Below, one piece after another: positions 42,695 to 56,929 of a DNA stretch of 64,000 nt. The notes beneath the pieces were generated by a model, which was not told the origin of the DNA, did no database searches, and was given only the letters and a program-made list of their open reading frames with translations. Within the stretch, counting starts at the first letter, position 1; each line of letters starts with the position of its first letter. Made by a program: the position numbers and the translations under genes. The stretch is taken from assembly GCF_009914755.1 (NCBI RefSeq), contig NC_060948.1. One strand, 5' to 3'. This DNA is from the human T2T-CHM13v2.0 reference genome, Homo sapiens.

Positions 42695-45600
42695 AATCGA
42701 ATGGCAAGAAATCGAATGTAATGGAATCGCAAGGAATTGATGTGAACGGAGCGGAATGGAATGGAATCCAAAGGAATGGAATAGAATGGAATGGAATCGA
42801 ATGGAAAGGACTCGAATGGAAATCACTCGAATAGAATGCAATTTAATAAAATAGGATCAAATGGAATGGAATGGAATGGAAAGGAATCGAAACGAAAGGA
42901 ATGGAGACAGATGGAATGGAATGGAACAGAGAGCAATGGTATAGAATGGAATGGAATCATCTGGAATGGAATTGAATGGAATGGAATAATATGAAATGGA
43001 ATGGAATGGAATGGAATGGAATGCCCTTGAATTGAATGGACTGGAATGGAATGGACTCGAACAGAGTGGAATGGAAAGTGTTGAGATAGAATGGAATGGA
43101 CTCCTTTGGAATGGTCTAGTATGCAATGCAATCGACTGGCAGGGAATCAAAAGGAATGTAATCGAATGGATTGGACTGGAATGCAATGGACTCGAATAGA
43201 TTGGAAACGGAATGCAAAGGAATGGAATGGAATAGTATGGAATGGAATGGAAAGGAATGGAGTGGAATAGACTAGAGTGGAATGGAATGGACTGGAAAGC
43301 AATGGACTGGAATGGAACTTTCTTGAATGGACTGGAATCAAACGGAATGGAATGCAATGCAATCAAATGGCATGGAATAAAATAGAATGAAAGAGAATCA
43401 AATGGAATTGAATCGAATGGAATCGAATGGATTGGAAAGGAATAGAATGGAATGGAATGGAATTGACTCAAATGGAATGGACTAGAATGGAATGGATTCG
43501 AATGGAAGGCAAAGGAATGGAATCTATTGGAATGGACTGTAATGGAATGGAATGGAAGGGATTGGAATGGACTCGAATGGAATGGACTGCAATAGAAAGG
43601 ATTCGAATGGAATGAAAAAGAATTGAATGGAATAGAACAGAATGGAATCAAATCGAATGAAATGGAATGGAATAGAAAGGAATGGAATGAAATGGAATGG
43701 AAAGGATTCGAATGGAATGCAATCGAATGGAATGGAATCGAACGGAATGGAATAAAATGGAAGAAAACTGGCAAGAAATGGAATCGAAATGAATGGAGTG
43801 TTATGGAACGGACTCAAAAGGAATTGAATGTAATAGAATGGAGTGGAGTGGACTCGAATATAATGGACTGGAATGGAATGAAATCACATGGAATGGGAAC
43901 GAATGGAATGGAATGGAAAGGAATGGAATCGAATGGAAAGGAATCGAATGGAAGGGAATGAAATTGAATCAGCAGGAATGGAAGGGAATAGAATAGACGG
44001 TAATGGAATGGACTCGAATAGAATGGACACGAATGCTCAAATTGAATGGACTCGAATGGAATGGAAACGAAAGGAATGTCATCGAATGGAATTGAATCGA
44101 TTGGAATGAAATCGCATAGAATGGAGTGGAATCAAATGGAATTGAATCGAAAGGAAAGGAAGCGAATGGACTGAAATGAAATGGAATGGAATTGAATGGA
44201 AAGTAATGCAATGGAATAGAATGGAACGAAATTTCACGGAATGGAATCAAACTGAATGGAATCAAATCAATGGAATCTAATCAAATGGAATGGAAAGGAA
44301 TTGAATGGAGTAGATTGGATTGGATGGGATTGGAATGAAATGTACTGGAAAGGACTCGAATTTCATGAAACGGAATGGAATGAATTGGAACGGAATGGAC
44401 TCGAATGGAATGGAATGTCATGGAATGGCATCAAATGGAATGGCATCAAATGGAATGGAATCGAATGCAATGGAATGTTATGGAATGGAATGGAATGCAT
44501 TGGAATGGAATGTCCTCTAATGGAATGGATTCGAGTGGAATGGAATCGAATATAATGGAGTCGAATGAAATGGAATTGAAAGGAATGGGATCGAATAGAA
44601 TGGAATATACTGGAATGTAATGTAATGAACTCGAATGTAATTGACTGGAATGGAATGTACATGAATGGAAGGTAATCGAATGGAAAGTAATCCAATGGAA
44701 TAGAATCTAATGCAATAAAACCGACTCAGATAGAGTAGAATGTAATGGAATGGAATGCAGTGCAATGGAATGGAATGGAATTGAATGCAATGGAATGGAA
44801 TGGAATGGAATGGAATGGAATGGAATGGAATGGAATGGAATGGAATGGAATGGGATGGAATGGTATGGAATGGATAGTAATGGACTGGAGTGAAATGGAC
44901 TGGAAAGGAATGGACTCAAATTGAAAGGGCTCGAAAGGAATGGAGTCAAATGGAATGGTCTGGAATGGAATGAACACGAATGTAATGCAATCCAATAGAA
45001 TGGAATCGAATGGCATGGAATATAAAGAAATGGATTCGAAGAGAATGGAAACAAATGGAATGGAATTGAATGGAATGGAATTGAATGGAATGGGAACGAA
45101 TGGAGTGAAATTGTATGCAGTAGAAGGGAATAGAATGGAATGCAAGCGAAAGGAAAGGAATGGATTGGAATGGAATGGAATTCATTGGAATGGAAGGGAA
45201 TGTAGTGTAATGGACAGGCCTGGAATAAAGTGGAATGCTACGGTCTCGAATGGAATAAAAATGTATGGAATGGAATGCAATGAAACGGAATCGAATGTCA
45301 TAGAATGTAATGGAATGCAAAAAAATGGAATCCAAAATCATTGACTGGAAAGGCTGGGTGTCGAAAGGAATTGACTGCAATGGAATGGAATCGAATGGAA
45401 TGGAAGTGAATAGAATCGAACTAAATCGAATGGAATGGAATTGATAGGAACGGAATGGAAAGGAATGCAATGATTTGGCATGGAATGGAATCGAATGGCA
45501 TCGAATGGAATGGAATGGAATGTATTAGAATGTAATGAACTTTAATGGAATGTACTCGAATGGATTCGACTGGAATGGAATGTTCTGGAAGTGAATGGAC

Positions 45601-46263
45601 TCCAATGGAATGGATTCAAAAGGAATGGAATCGTACGGAATGGAATCTAATGGAATGGAATTAAATGGAAATGAATCAAATTGAATAGCACGGAATTGAA
45701 TTGAATGGAATCGAATGCAATGGAATCTAATGAAACGGAAAGGAAAGGAATGGAATGGAATGGAATGGGCTGGAATGGAAAGGAATCGAAACGAATGGAA
45801 TGGAATCGAACTGAAGAGACTGGAATGGAATGCACTGGAATGGAAGGGAGTGTAATGGAAGGTTCTCAAGAAAAATGGAATCGAATGGAATGGAATTGAA
45901 TGGAACGGAATAGAGTCGAATGGAATTGAATGGAATGGAATGGACTAGAGTGAAATGGAATCGAACCACAAGGAATGGAGAGGAATAGAATGGTCTCGAA
46001 TTGAATGGAATCGTATGGAATGGCATCAAACGGAATGGAATGGACAGCCACGGAATGGAATGCACTCGAATGCAATGGAGTCGAAACTAATGGACTGGAA
46101 TAGAATGGACTCGACTGGTACGGACTCCAATGGAATGGAATCGAATGGAAGGGAATCGAACGGAATGGACTCGAAGGGAAAAGACTGCAATGGAAAGGTC
46201 TCGAATGGAATGGAAATTAATGGAATGGAATGGAATCGAATGAAATGGAGTCAAAAGGAATGG
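42695..46263 (+). repeat. DYZ1 unit 13 (3569 bp), sister of unit 10
   Basis: Anchor ORF at 42791; same private markers as unit 10; (TGGAA)12 at 44791-44850. Confidence 0.88.
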
Positions 46264-49200
46264 AATCGAATGGCAAGAAATCGAATGTAATGGAATCGCA
46301 AGGAATTGATGTGAACGGAACGGAATGGAATGGAATCCAAAGGAATGGAATAGAATGGAATGGAATCGAATGGAAAGGACTCGAATGGAAATCACTCGAA
46401 TAGAATGCAATTTAATAAAATAGGATCAAATGTAATGGAATGGAATGGAAAGGAATCGAAACGAAAGGAATGGAGACAGATGGAATGGAATGGAACAGAG
46501 AGCAATGGTATAGAAGGGAATGGAATCATCTGGAATGGAATTGAATGGAATGGAATAATATGAAATGGAATGGAATGGAATGGAATGGAATGCCCTTGAA
46601 TTAAATGGACTGGAATGGAATGGACTCGAACAGAGTGGAATGGAAAGTGTTGAGATAGAATGGAATGGACTCCTTTGGAATGGTGTAGTATGCAATGCAA
46701 TCGACTGGCAGGGAATCAAAAGGAATGTAATCGAATGGATTGGACTGGAATGCAATGGACTCGAATAGATTGGAAACGGAATGCAAAGGAATGGAATGGA
46801 ATAGTATGGAATGGAATGGAAAGGAATGGAGTGGAATAGACTAGAGTGGAATGGAATGGACTGGAAAGCAATGGACTGGAATGGAACTTTCTTGAATGGA
46901 CTGGAATCAAACGGAATGGAATGCAATGCAATCAAATGGCATGGAATAAAATAGAATGAAAGAGAATCAAATGGAATTGAATCGAATGGAATCGAATGGA
47001 TTGGAAAGGAATAGAATGGAATGGAATGGAATGGACTAGAATGGAATGGATTCGAATGGAAGGCAAAGGAATGGAATCTATTGGAATGGACTGTAATGGA
47101 ATGGAATGGAAGGGATTGGAATGGACTCGAATGGAATGGACTGCAATAGAAAGGATTCGAATGGAATGAAAAAGAATTGAATGGAATAGAACAGAATGGA
47201 ATCAAATCGAATGAAATGGAATGGAATAGAAAGGAATGGAATGAAATGGAATGGAAAGGATTCGAATGGAATGCAATCGAATGGAATGGAATCGAACGGA
47301 ATGGAATAAAATGGAAGAAAACTGGCAAGAAATGGAATCGAAATGAATGGAGTGTTATGGAACGGACTCAAAAGGAATTGAATGTAATAGAATGGAGTGG
47401 AGTGGACTCGAATATAATGGACTGGAATGGAATGAAATCACATGGAATGGGAACGAATGGAATGGAATGGAAAGGAATGGAATCGAATGGAAAGGAATCG
47501 AATGGAAGGGAATGAAATTGAATCAACAGGAATGGAAGGGAATAGAATAGACGGTAATGGAATGGACTCGAATAGAATGGACACGAATGCTCAAATTGAA
47601 TGGACTCGAATGGAATGGAAACGAAAGGAATGTCATCGAATGGAATTGAATCGATTGGAATGAAATCGCATAGAATGGAGTGGAATCAAATGGAATTGAA
47701 TCGAAAGGAAAGGAAGCGAATGGACTGAAATGAAATGGAATGGAATTGAATGGAAAGTAATGCAATGGAATAGAATGGAACGAAATTTCACGGAATGGAA
47801 TCAAACTGAATGGAATCAAATCAATGGAATCTAATCAAATGGAATGGAAAGGAATTGAATGGAGTAGATTGGATTGGATGGGATTGGAATGAAATGTACT
47901 GGAAAGGACTCGAATTTCATGAAACGGAATGGAATGAATTGGAACGGAATGGACTCGAATGGAATGGAATGTCATGGAATGGCATCAAATGGAATGGCAT
48001 CAAATGGAATGGAATCGAATGCAATGGAATGCTATGGAATGGAATGGAATGCATTGGAATGGAATGTCCTCTAATGGAATGGATTCGAGTGGAATGGAAT
48101 CGAATATAATGGAGTCGAATGAAATGGAATTGAAAGGAATGGGATCGAATACAATGGAATATACTGGAATGTAATGTAATGAACTCGAATGTAATTGACT
48201 GGAATGGAATGTACATGAATGGAATGTAATCGAATGGAAAGTAATCCAATGGAATAGAATCTAATGCAATAAAATCGACTCAGATAGAGTAGAAAGTAAT
48301 GGAATGGAGTGCAGTGCAATGGAATGGAATGGAATGGAATGCAGTGGAATGGAATGGAATGGAATGGAATGGAATTGAATGGGATGGAATGGTATGGAAT
48401 GGACAGTAATGGACTGGAGTGAAATGGACTGGAAAGGAATGGACTCAAATTGAAAGGGCTCGAAAGAAATGGAGACAAATGGAATGGTCTGGAATGGAAT
48501 GAACACGAATGTAATGCAATCCAATAGAATGGAGTCGAATGGCTTGGAATATAAAGAAATGGAATCGAAGAGAATGGAAACAAATGGAATGGAATTGAAT
48601 GGAATGGAATTGAATGGAATGGGAACGAATGGAGTGAAATTGTATGCAGTAGAAGAGAATAGAATGGAATGCAAGCGAAAGGAAAGGAATGGATTGGAAT
48701 GGAATGGAATTCATTGGAATGGAAGGGAATGTAGTGTAATGGACAGGCCTGGAATAAAGTGGAATGCTACGGTCTCGAATGGAATAAAAATGTATGGAAT
48801 GGAATGCAATGAAACGGAATCGAATGTCATAGAATGTAATGGAATGCAACAAAATGGAATCCAAAATCATTGACTGGAAAGGCTGGGTGTCGAAAGGAAT
48901 TGACTCCAATGGAATGGAATCGAATGGAATGGAAGTGAATAGAATGGAACTAAATCGAATGGAATGGAATTGATAGGAACGGAATGGAAAGGAATGCAAT
49001 GATTTGGCATGGAATGGAATCGAATGGCATCGAATGGAATGGAATGGAATGCAATGGAATGGAATGTATTAGAATGTAATGAACTTTAATGGAATGTACT
49101 CGAATGGATTCGACTGGAATGGAATGTTCTGGAAGTGAATGGACTCCAATGGAATGGATTCAAAAGGAATGGAATCGTACGGAATGGAATCTAATGGAAT

Positions 49201-49807
49201 GGAATTAAATGGAAATGAATCAAATTGAATAGCACGGAATTGAATTGAATGGAATGGAATGCAATGGAATCTAATGAAACGGAAAGGAAAGGAATGGAAT
49301 GGAATGGAATGGGCTGGAATGGAAAGGAATCGAAACGAATGGAATGTAATCGAACTGAAGAGACTGGAATGGAATGCACTGGAATGGAAGGGAGTGTAAT
49401 GGAAGGTTCTCGAAAAAAATGGAATCGAATGGAATGGAATTGAATGGAACGGAATAGAGTCGAATGGAATTGAATGGAATGGAATGGACTAGAGTGAAAT
49501 GGAATCGAACCACAAGGAATGGAGAGGAATAGAATGGTCTCGAATTGAATGGAATCGTATGGAATGGCATCAAACGGAATGGAATGGACAGCCACGGAAT
49601 GGAATGCACTCGAATGCAATGGAGTCGAAACTAATGGACTGGAATAGAATGAACTCGACTGGTACGGACTCCAATGGAATGGAATCGAATGGAAGGGAAT
49701 CGAACGGAATGGACTCGAAGGGAAAAGACTGCAATGGAAAGGTCTCGAATGGAATGGAAATTAATGGAATGGAATGGAATCGAATGAAATGGAGTCAAAA
49801 GGAATGG
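46264..49807 (+). repeat. DYZ1 unit 14 (3544 bp), with a 15-bp deletion
   Basis: Anchor ORF at 46360; the minus-strand artefact ORF is 300 aa instead of 305 aa. Confidence 0.88.
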
Positions 49808-52800
49808 AATCGAATGGCAAGAAATCGAATGTAATGGAATCGCAAGGAATTGATGTGAACGGAACGGAATGGAATGGAATCCAAAGGAATGGAATAGAAT
49901 GGAATGGAATCGAATGGAAAGGACTCGAATGGAAATAACTCGAATAGAATGCAATTTAATAAAATAGGATCAAATGTAATGGAATGGAATGGAAAGGAAT
50001 CGAAACGAAAGGAATGGAGACAGATGGAATGGAATAGAACAGAGAGCAATGGTATAGAATGGAATGGAATCATATGGAATGGAATTGAATGGAATGGAAT
50101 AATATGAAATGGAATGGAATGGAATGGAATGGAATGCCCTTGAATTAAATGGACTGGAATGGAATGGACTCGAACAGAGTGGAATGGAAAGTGTTGAGAT
50201 AGAATGGAATGGACTCCTTTGGAATGGTGTAGTATGCAATGCAATCGACTGGCAGGGAATCAAAAGGAATGTAATGGAATGGACTGGACTGGAATGCAAT
50301 GGACTCGAATAGATTGGAAACGGAATGCAAAGGAATGGAATGAAATAGTATGGAATGGAATGGAAAGGAATGGAGTGGAATAGACTAGAGTGGAATGGAA
50401 TGGACTGGAAAGCAATGGACTGGAATGGAACTTTCTTGAATGGACTGGAATCAAACGGAATGGAATGCAATGCAATCAAATGGCATGGAATAAAATAGAA
50501 TGAAAGAGAATCAAATGGAATTGAATCGAATGGAATCGAATGGATTGGAAAGGAATAGAATGGAATGGAATGGAATTGACTCAAATGGAATGGACTAGAA
50601 TGGAATGTATTCGAATGGAAGGCAAAGGAATGGAATCTATTGGAATGGACTGTAATGGAATGGAATGGAAGGGATTGGAATGGACTCGAATGGAATGGAC
50701 TGCAATAGAAAGGATTCGAATGGAATGAAAAAGAATTGAATGGAATAGAACAGAATGGAATCAAATCGAATGAAATGGAATGGAATAGAAAGGAATGGAA
50801 TGAAATGGAATGGAAAGGATTCGAATGGAATGCAATCGAATGGAATGGAATCGAACGGAATGGAATAAAATGGAAGAAAACTGGCAAGAAATGGAATCGA
50901 AATGAATGGAGTGTTATGGAACGGACTCAAAAGGAATTGAATGTAATAGAATGGAGTGGAGTGGACTCGAATATAATGGACTGCAATGGAATGAAATCAC
51001 ATGGAATGGGAACGAATGGAATGGAATGGAAAGGAATGGAATCGAATGGAAAGGAATCGAATGGAAGGGAATGAAATTGAATCAACAGGAATGGAAGGGA
51101 ATAGAATAGACGGTAATGGAATGGACTCGAATAGAATGGACACGAATGCTCAAATTGAATGGACTCGAATTGAATGGAAACGAAAGGAATGTCATCGAAT
51201 GGAATTGAATCGATTGGAATGAAATCGCATAGAATGGAGTGGAATCAAATGGAATTGAATCGAAAGGAAAGGAAGCGAATGGACTGAAATGAAATGGAAT
51301 GGAATTGAATGGAAAGTAATGCAATGGAATAGAATGGAACGAAATTTCACGGAATGGAATCAAACTGAATGGAATCAAATCAATGGAATCTAATCAAATG
51401 GAATGGAAAGGAATTGAATGGAGTAGATTGGATTGGATGGGATTGGAATGAAATGTACTGGAAAGGACTCGAATTTCATGAAACGGAATGGAATGAATTG
51501 GAACGGAATGGACTCGAATGGAATGGAATGTCATGGAATGGCATCAAATGGAATGGCATCAAATGGAATGGAATCGAATGCAATGGAATGCTATGGAATG
51601 GAATGGAATGCATTGGAATGGAATGTCCTCTAATGGAATGGATTCGAGTGGAATGGAATCGAATATAATGGAGTCGAATGAAATGGAATTGAAAGGAATG
51701 GGATCGAATAGAATGGAATATACTGAAATGTAATGTAATGAACTCGAATATAATTGACTGGAATGGAATGTACATGAATGGAATGTAATCGAATGGAAAG
51801 TAATCCAATGGAATAGAATCTAATGCAATAAAACCGACTCAGATAGAGTAGAATGTAATGGAATGGAGTGCAGTGCAATGGAATGGAATGGAATTGAATG
51901 CAATGGAATGGAATGGAATGGAATGGAATGGAATGGAATGGAATGGGATGGAATGGTATGGAATGGATAGTAATGGACTGGAGTGAAATGGACTGGAAAG
52001 GAATGGACTCAAATTGAAAGGGCTCGAAAGGAATGGAGTCAAATGGAATGGTCTGGAATGGAATGAACACGAGTGTAATGCAATCCAATAGAATGGAAAC
52101 GAATGACATGGAATATAAAGAAATGGAATCGAAGAGAATGGAAACAAAGGGAATGGAATTGAATGGAATGGAATTGAATGGAATGGGAACGAATGGAGTG
52201 AAATTGTATGCAGTAGAAGGGAATAGAATGGAATGCAAGCGAAAGGAAAGGAATGGATTGGAATGGAATGGAATTCATTGGAATGGAAGGGAATGTAGTG
52301 TAATGGACAGGCCTGGAATAAAGTGGAATGCTACGGTCTCGAATGGAATAAAAATGTATGGAATGGAATGCAATGAAACGGAATCGAATGTCATAGAATG
52401 TAATGGAATGCAACAAAATGGAATCCAAAATCATTGACTGGAAAGGCTGGGTGTCGAAAGGAATTGACTCCAATGGAATGGAATCGAATGGAATGGAAGT
52501 GAATAGAATCGAACTAAATCGAATGGAATGGAATTGATAGGAACGGAATGGAAAGGAATGCAATGATTTGGCATGGAATGGAATCGAATGGCATCGAATG
52601 GAATGGAATGGAATGCAATGGAATGGAATGTATTAGAATGTAATGAACTTTAATGGAATGTACTCGAATGGATTCGACTGGAATGGAATGTTCTGGAAGT
52701 GAATGGACTCCAATGGAATGGATTCAAAGGAATGGAATCGTACGGAATGGAATCTAATGGAATGGAATTAAATGGAAATGAATCAAATTGAATAGCACGG

Positions 52801-53370
52801 AATTGAATTGAATGGAATCGAATGCAATGGAATCTAATGAAACGGAAAGGAAAGGAATGCAATGGAATGGAATGGGCTGGAATGGAAAGGAATCGAAACG
52901 AATGGAATGGAATCGAAGTGAAGAGACTGGAATGGAATGCACTGGAATGGAAGGGAGTGTAATGGAAGGTTCTCGAAAAAAATGGAATCGAATGGAATGG
53001 AATTGAATGGAACGGAATAGAGTCGAATGGAATTGAATGGAATGGAATGGACTAGAGTGAAATGGAATCGAACCACAAGGAATGGAGAGGAATAGAATGG
53101 TCTCGAATTGAATGGAATCGTATGGAATGGCATCAAACGGAATGGAATGGACAGCCACGGAATGGAATGCACTCGAATGCAATGGAGTCGAAACTAATGG
53201 ACTGGAATAGAATGGACTCGACTGGTACGGACTCCAATGGAAGGGAATCGAATGGAAGGGAATCGAACGGAATGGACTCGAAGGGAAAAGACTGCAATGG
53301 AAAGGTCTCGAATGGAATGGAAATTAATGGAATGGAATGGAATCGAATGAAATGGAGTCAAAAGGAATGG
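49808..53370 (+). repeat. DYZ1 unit 15 (3563 bp), tail begins the right-hand variant block; 1-bp deletion
   Basis: Anchor ORF at 49904; tactgaaatg at 51721; gattcaaagg at 52721. Confidence 0.88.
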
Positions 53371-56300
53371 AATCGAATGGCAAGAAATCGAATGTAATGG
53401 AATCGCAAGGAATTGATGTGAGCGGAACGGAATGGAATGGAATCCAAAGGAATGGAATAGAATGGAATGGAATCGAATGGAAAGGACTCGAATGGAAATC
53501 ACTGGAATAGAATGCAATTTAATAAAATAGGATCAAATGTAATGGAATGGAATGGAAAGGAATCGAAACGAAAGGAATGGAGACAGATGGAATGGAATAG
53601 AACAGAGAGCAATGGTATAGAATGGAATGGAATCATCTGGAATGGAATTGAATGGAATGGAATAATATGAAATGGAATGGAATGGAATGGAATGGAATGC
53701 CCTTGAATTAAATGGACTGGAATGGAATGGACTCGAACAGAGTGGAATGGAAAGTGTTGAGATAGAATGGAATGGACTCGTTTGGAATGCTCTAGTATGC
53801 AATGCAATCGACTGGCAGGGAATCAAAAGGAATGTAATCGAATGGATTGGACTGGAATGCAATGGACTCGAATAGATTGCAAACGGAATGCAAAGGAATG
53901 GAATGGAATAGTATGGAATGGAATGGAAAGGAATGGAGTGGAATAGACTAGAGTGGAATGGAATGGACTGGAAAGCAATGGACTGGAATGGAACTTTCTT
54001 GAATGGACTGGAATCAAACGGAATGGAATGCAATGCAATCAAATGGCATGGAATAAAATAGAATGAAAGAGAATCAAATGGAATTGAATCGAATGGAATC
54101 GAATGGATTGGAAAGGAATAGAATGGAATGGAATGGAATTGACTCAAATGGAATGGATTCGAATGGAAGGCAAAGGAATGGAATCTATTGGAATGGACTG
54201 TAATGGAATGGAATGGAAGGGATTGGAATGGACTCGAATGGAATGGACTGCAATAGAAAGGATTCGAATGGAATGAAAAAGAATTGAATGGAATAGAACA
54301 GAATGGAATCAAATCGAATGAAATGGAATGGAATAGAAAGGAATGGAATGAAATGGAATGGAAAGGATTCGAATGGAATGCAATCGAATGGAATGGAATC
54401 GAACGGAATGGAATAAAATGGAAGAAAACTGGCAAGAAATGGAATCGAAATGAATGGAGTGTTATGGAACGGACTCAAAAGGAATTGAATGTAATAGAAT
54501 GGAGTGGAGTGGACTCGAATATAATGGACTGGAATGGAATGAAATCACATGGAATAGGAACGAATGGAATGGAATGGAAAGGAATGGAATCGAATGGAAA
54601 GGAATCGAATGGAAGGGAATGAAATTGAATCAACAGGAATGGAAGGGAATAGAATAGACGGTAATGGAATGGACTCGAATAGAATGGACACGAATGCTCA
54701 AATTGAATGGACTCGAATGGAATGGAAACGAAAGGAATGTCATCGAATGGAATTGAATCGATTGGAATGAAATCGCATAGAATGGAGTGGAATCAAATGG
54801 AATTGAATCGAAAGGAAAGGAAGCGAATGGACTGAAATGAAATGGAATGGAATTGAATGGAAAGTAATGCAATGGAATAGAATGGAACGAAATTTCACGG
54901 AATGGAATCAAACTGAATGGAATCAAATCAATGGAATCTAATCAAATGGAATGGAAAGGAATTGAATGGAGTAGATTGGATTGGATGGGATTGGAATGAA
55001 ATGTACTGGAAAGGACTCAAATTTCATGAAACGGAATGGAATGAATTGGAACGGAATGGACTCGAATGGAATGGAATGTCATGGAATGGCATCAAATGGA
55101 ATGGCATCAAATGGAATGGAATCGAATGCAATGGAATGCTATGGAATGGAATGGAATGCATTGGAATGGAATGTCCTCTAATGGAATGGATTCGAGTGGA
55201 ATGGAATCGAATATAATGGAGTCGAATGAAATGGAATTGAAAGGAATGGGATCGAATAGAATGGAATATACTGAAATGTAATGTAATGAACTCGAATATA
55301 ATTGACTGGAATGGAATGTACATGAATGGAATGTAATCGAATGGAAAGTAATCCAATGGAATAGAATCTAATGCAATAAAACCGACTCAGATAGAGTAGA
55401 ATGTAATGGAATGGAGTGCAGTGCAATGGAATGGAATGGAATTGAATGCAATGGAATGGAATGGAATGGAATGGAATGGAATGGAATGGAATGGAATGGA
55501 ATGGGATGGAATGGTATGGAATGGATAGTAATGGACTGGAGTGAAATGGACTGGAAAGGAATGGACTCAAATTGAAAGGGCTCGAAAGGAATGGAGTCAA
55601 ATGGAATGGTCTGGAATGGAATGAACACGAGTGTAATGCAATCCAATAGAATGGAAACGAATGACATGGAATATAAAGAAATGGAATCGAAGAGAATGGA
55701 AACAAATGGAATGGAATTGAATGGAATGGAATTGAATGGAATGGGAACGAATGGAGTGAAATTGTATGCAGTAGAAGGGAATAGAATGGAATGCAAGCGA
55801 AAGGAAAGGAATGGATTGGAATGGAATGGAATTCATTGGAATGGAAGGGAATGTAGTGTAATGGACAGGCCTGGAATAAAGTGGAATGCTACGGTCTCGA
55901 ATGGAATAAAAATGTATGGAATGGAATGCAATGAAACGGAATCGAATGTCATAGAATGTAATGGAATGCAACAAAATGGAATCCAAAATCATTGACTGGA
56001 AAGGCTGGGTGTCGAAAGGAATTGACTCCAATGGAATGGAATCGAATGGAATGGAAGTGAATAGAATGGAACTAAATCGAATGGAATGGAATTGATAGGA
56101 ACGGAATGGAAAGGAATGCAATGATTTGGCATGGAATGGAATCGAATGGCATCGAATGGAATGGAATGGAATGCAATGGAATGGAATGTATTAGAATGTA
56201 ATGAACTTTAATGGAATGTACTCGAATGGATTCGACTGGAATGGAATGTTCTGGAAGTGAATGGACTCCAATGGAATGGATTCAAAAGGAATGGAATCGT

Positions 56301-56929
56301 ACGGAATGGAATCTAATGGAATGGAATTAAATGGAAATGAATCAAATTGAATAGCACGGAATTGAATTGAATGGAATCGAATGCAATGGAATCTAATGAA
56401 ACGGAAAGGAAAGGAATGCAATGGAATGGAATGGGCTGGAATGGAAAGGAATCAAAACGAATGGAATGGAATCGAACTGAAGAGACTGGAATGGAATGCA
56501 CTGGAATGGAAGGGAGTGTAATGGAAGGTTCTCGAAAAAAATGGAATCGAATGGAATGGAATTGAATGGAACGGAATAGAGTCGAATGGAATTGAATGGA
56601 ATGGAATGGACTAGAGTGAAATGGAATCGAACCACAAGGAATGGAGAGGAATAGAATGGTCTCGAATTGAATGGAATCGTATGGAATGGCATCAAACGGA
56701 ATGGAATGGACAGCCACGGAATGGAATGCACTCGAATGCAATGGAGTCGAAACTAATGGACTGGAATAGAATGGACTCGACTGGTACGGACTCCAATGGA
56801 AGGGAATCGAATGGAAGGGAATCGAACGGAATGGACTCGAAGGGAAAAGACTGCAATGGAAAGGTCTCGAATGGAATGGAAATTAATGGAATGGAATGGA
56901 ATCGAATGAAATGGAGTCAAAAGGAATGG
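53371..56929 (+). repeat. DYZ1 unit 16 (3559 bp), right-hand type, 15-bp deletion
   Basis: Anchor ORF at 53467; gactcaaatggaatggattc at 54141-54160. Confidence 0.88.

Noticed and set aside
44791-44850. (TGGAA)12 as a pathogenic-type pentanucleotide expansion or G-quadruplex
   Set aside because: It is a short tract within its native satellite and has only GG runs; nothing distinguishes it beyond the VNTR already reported.
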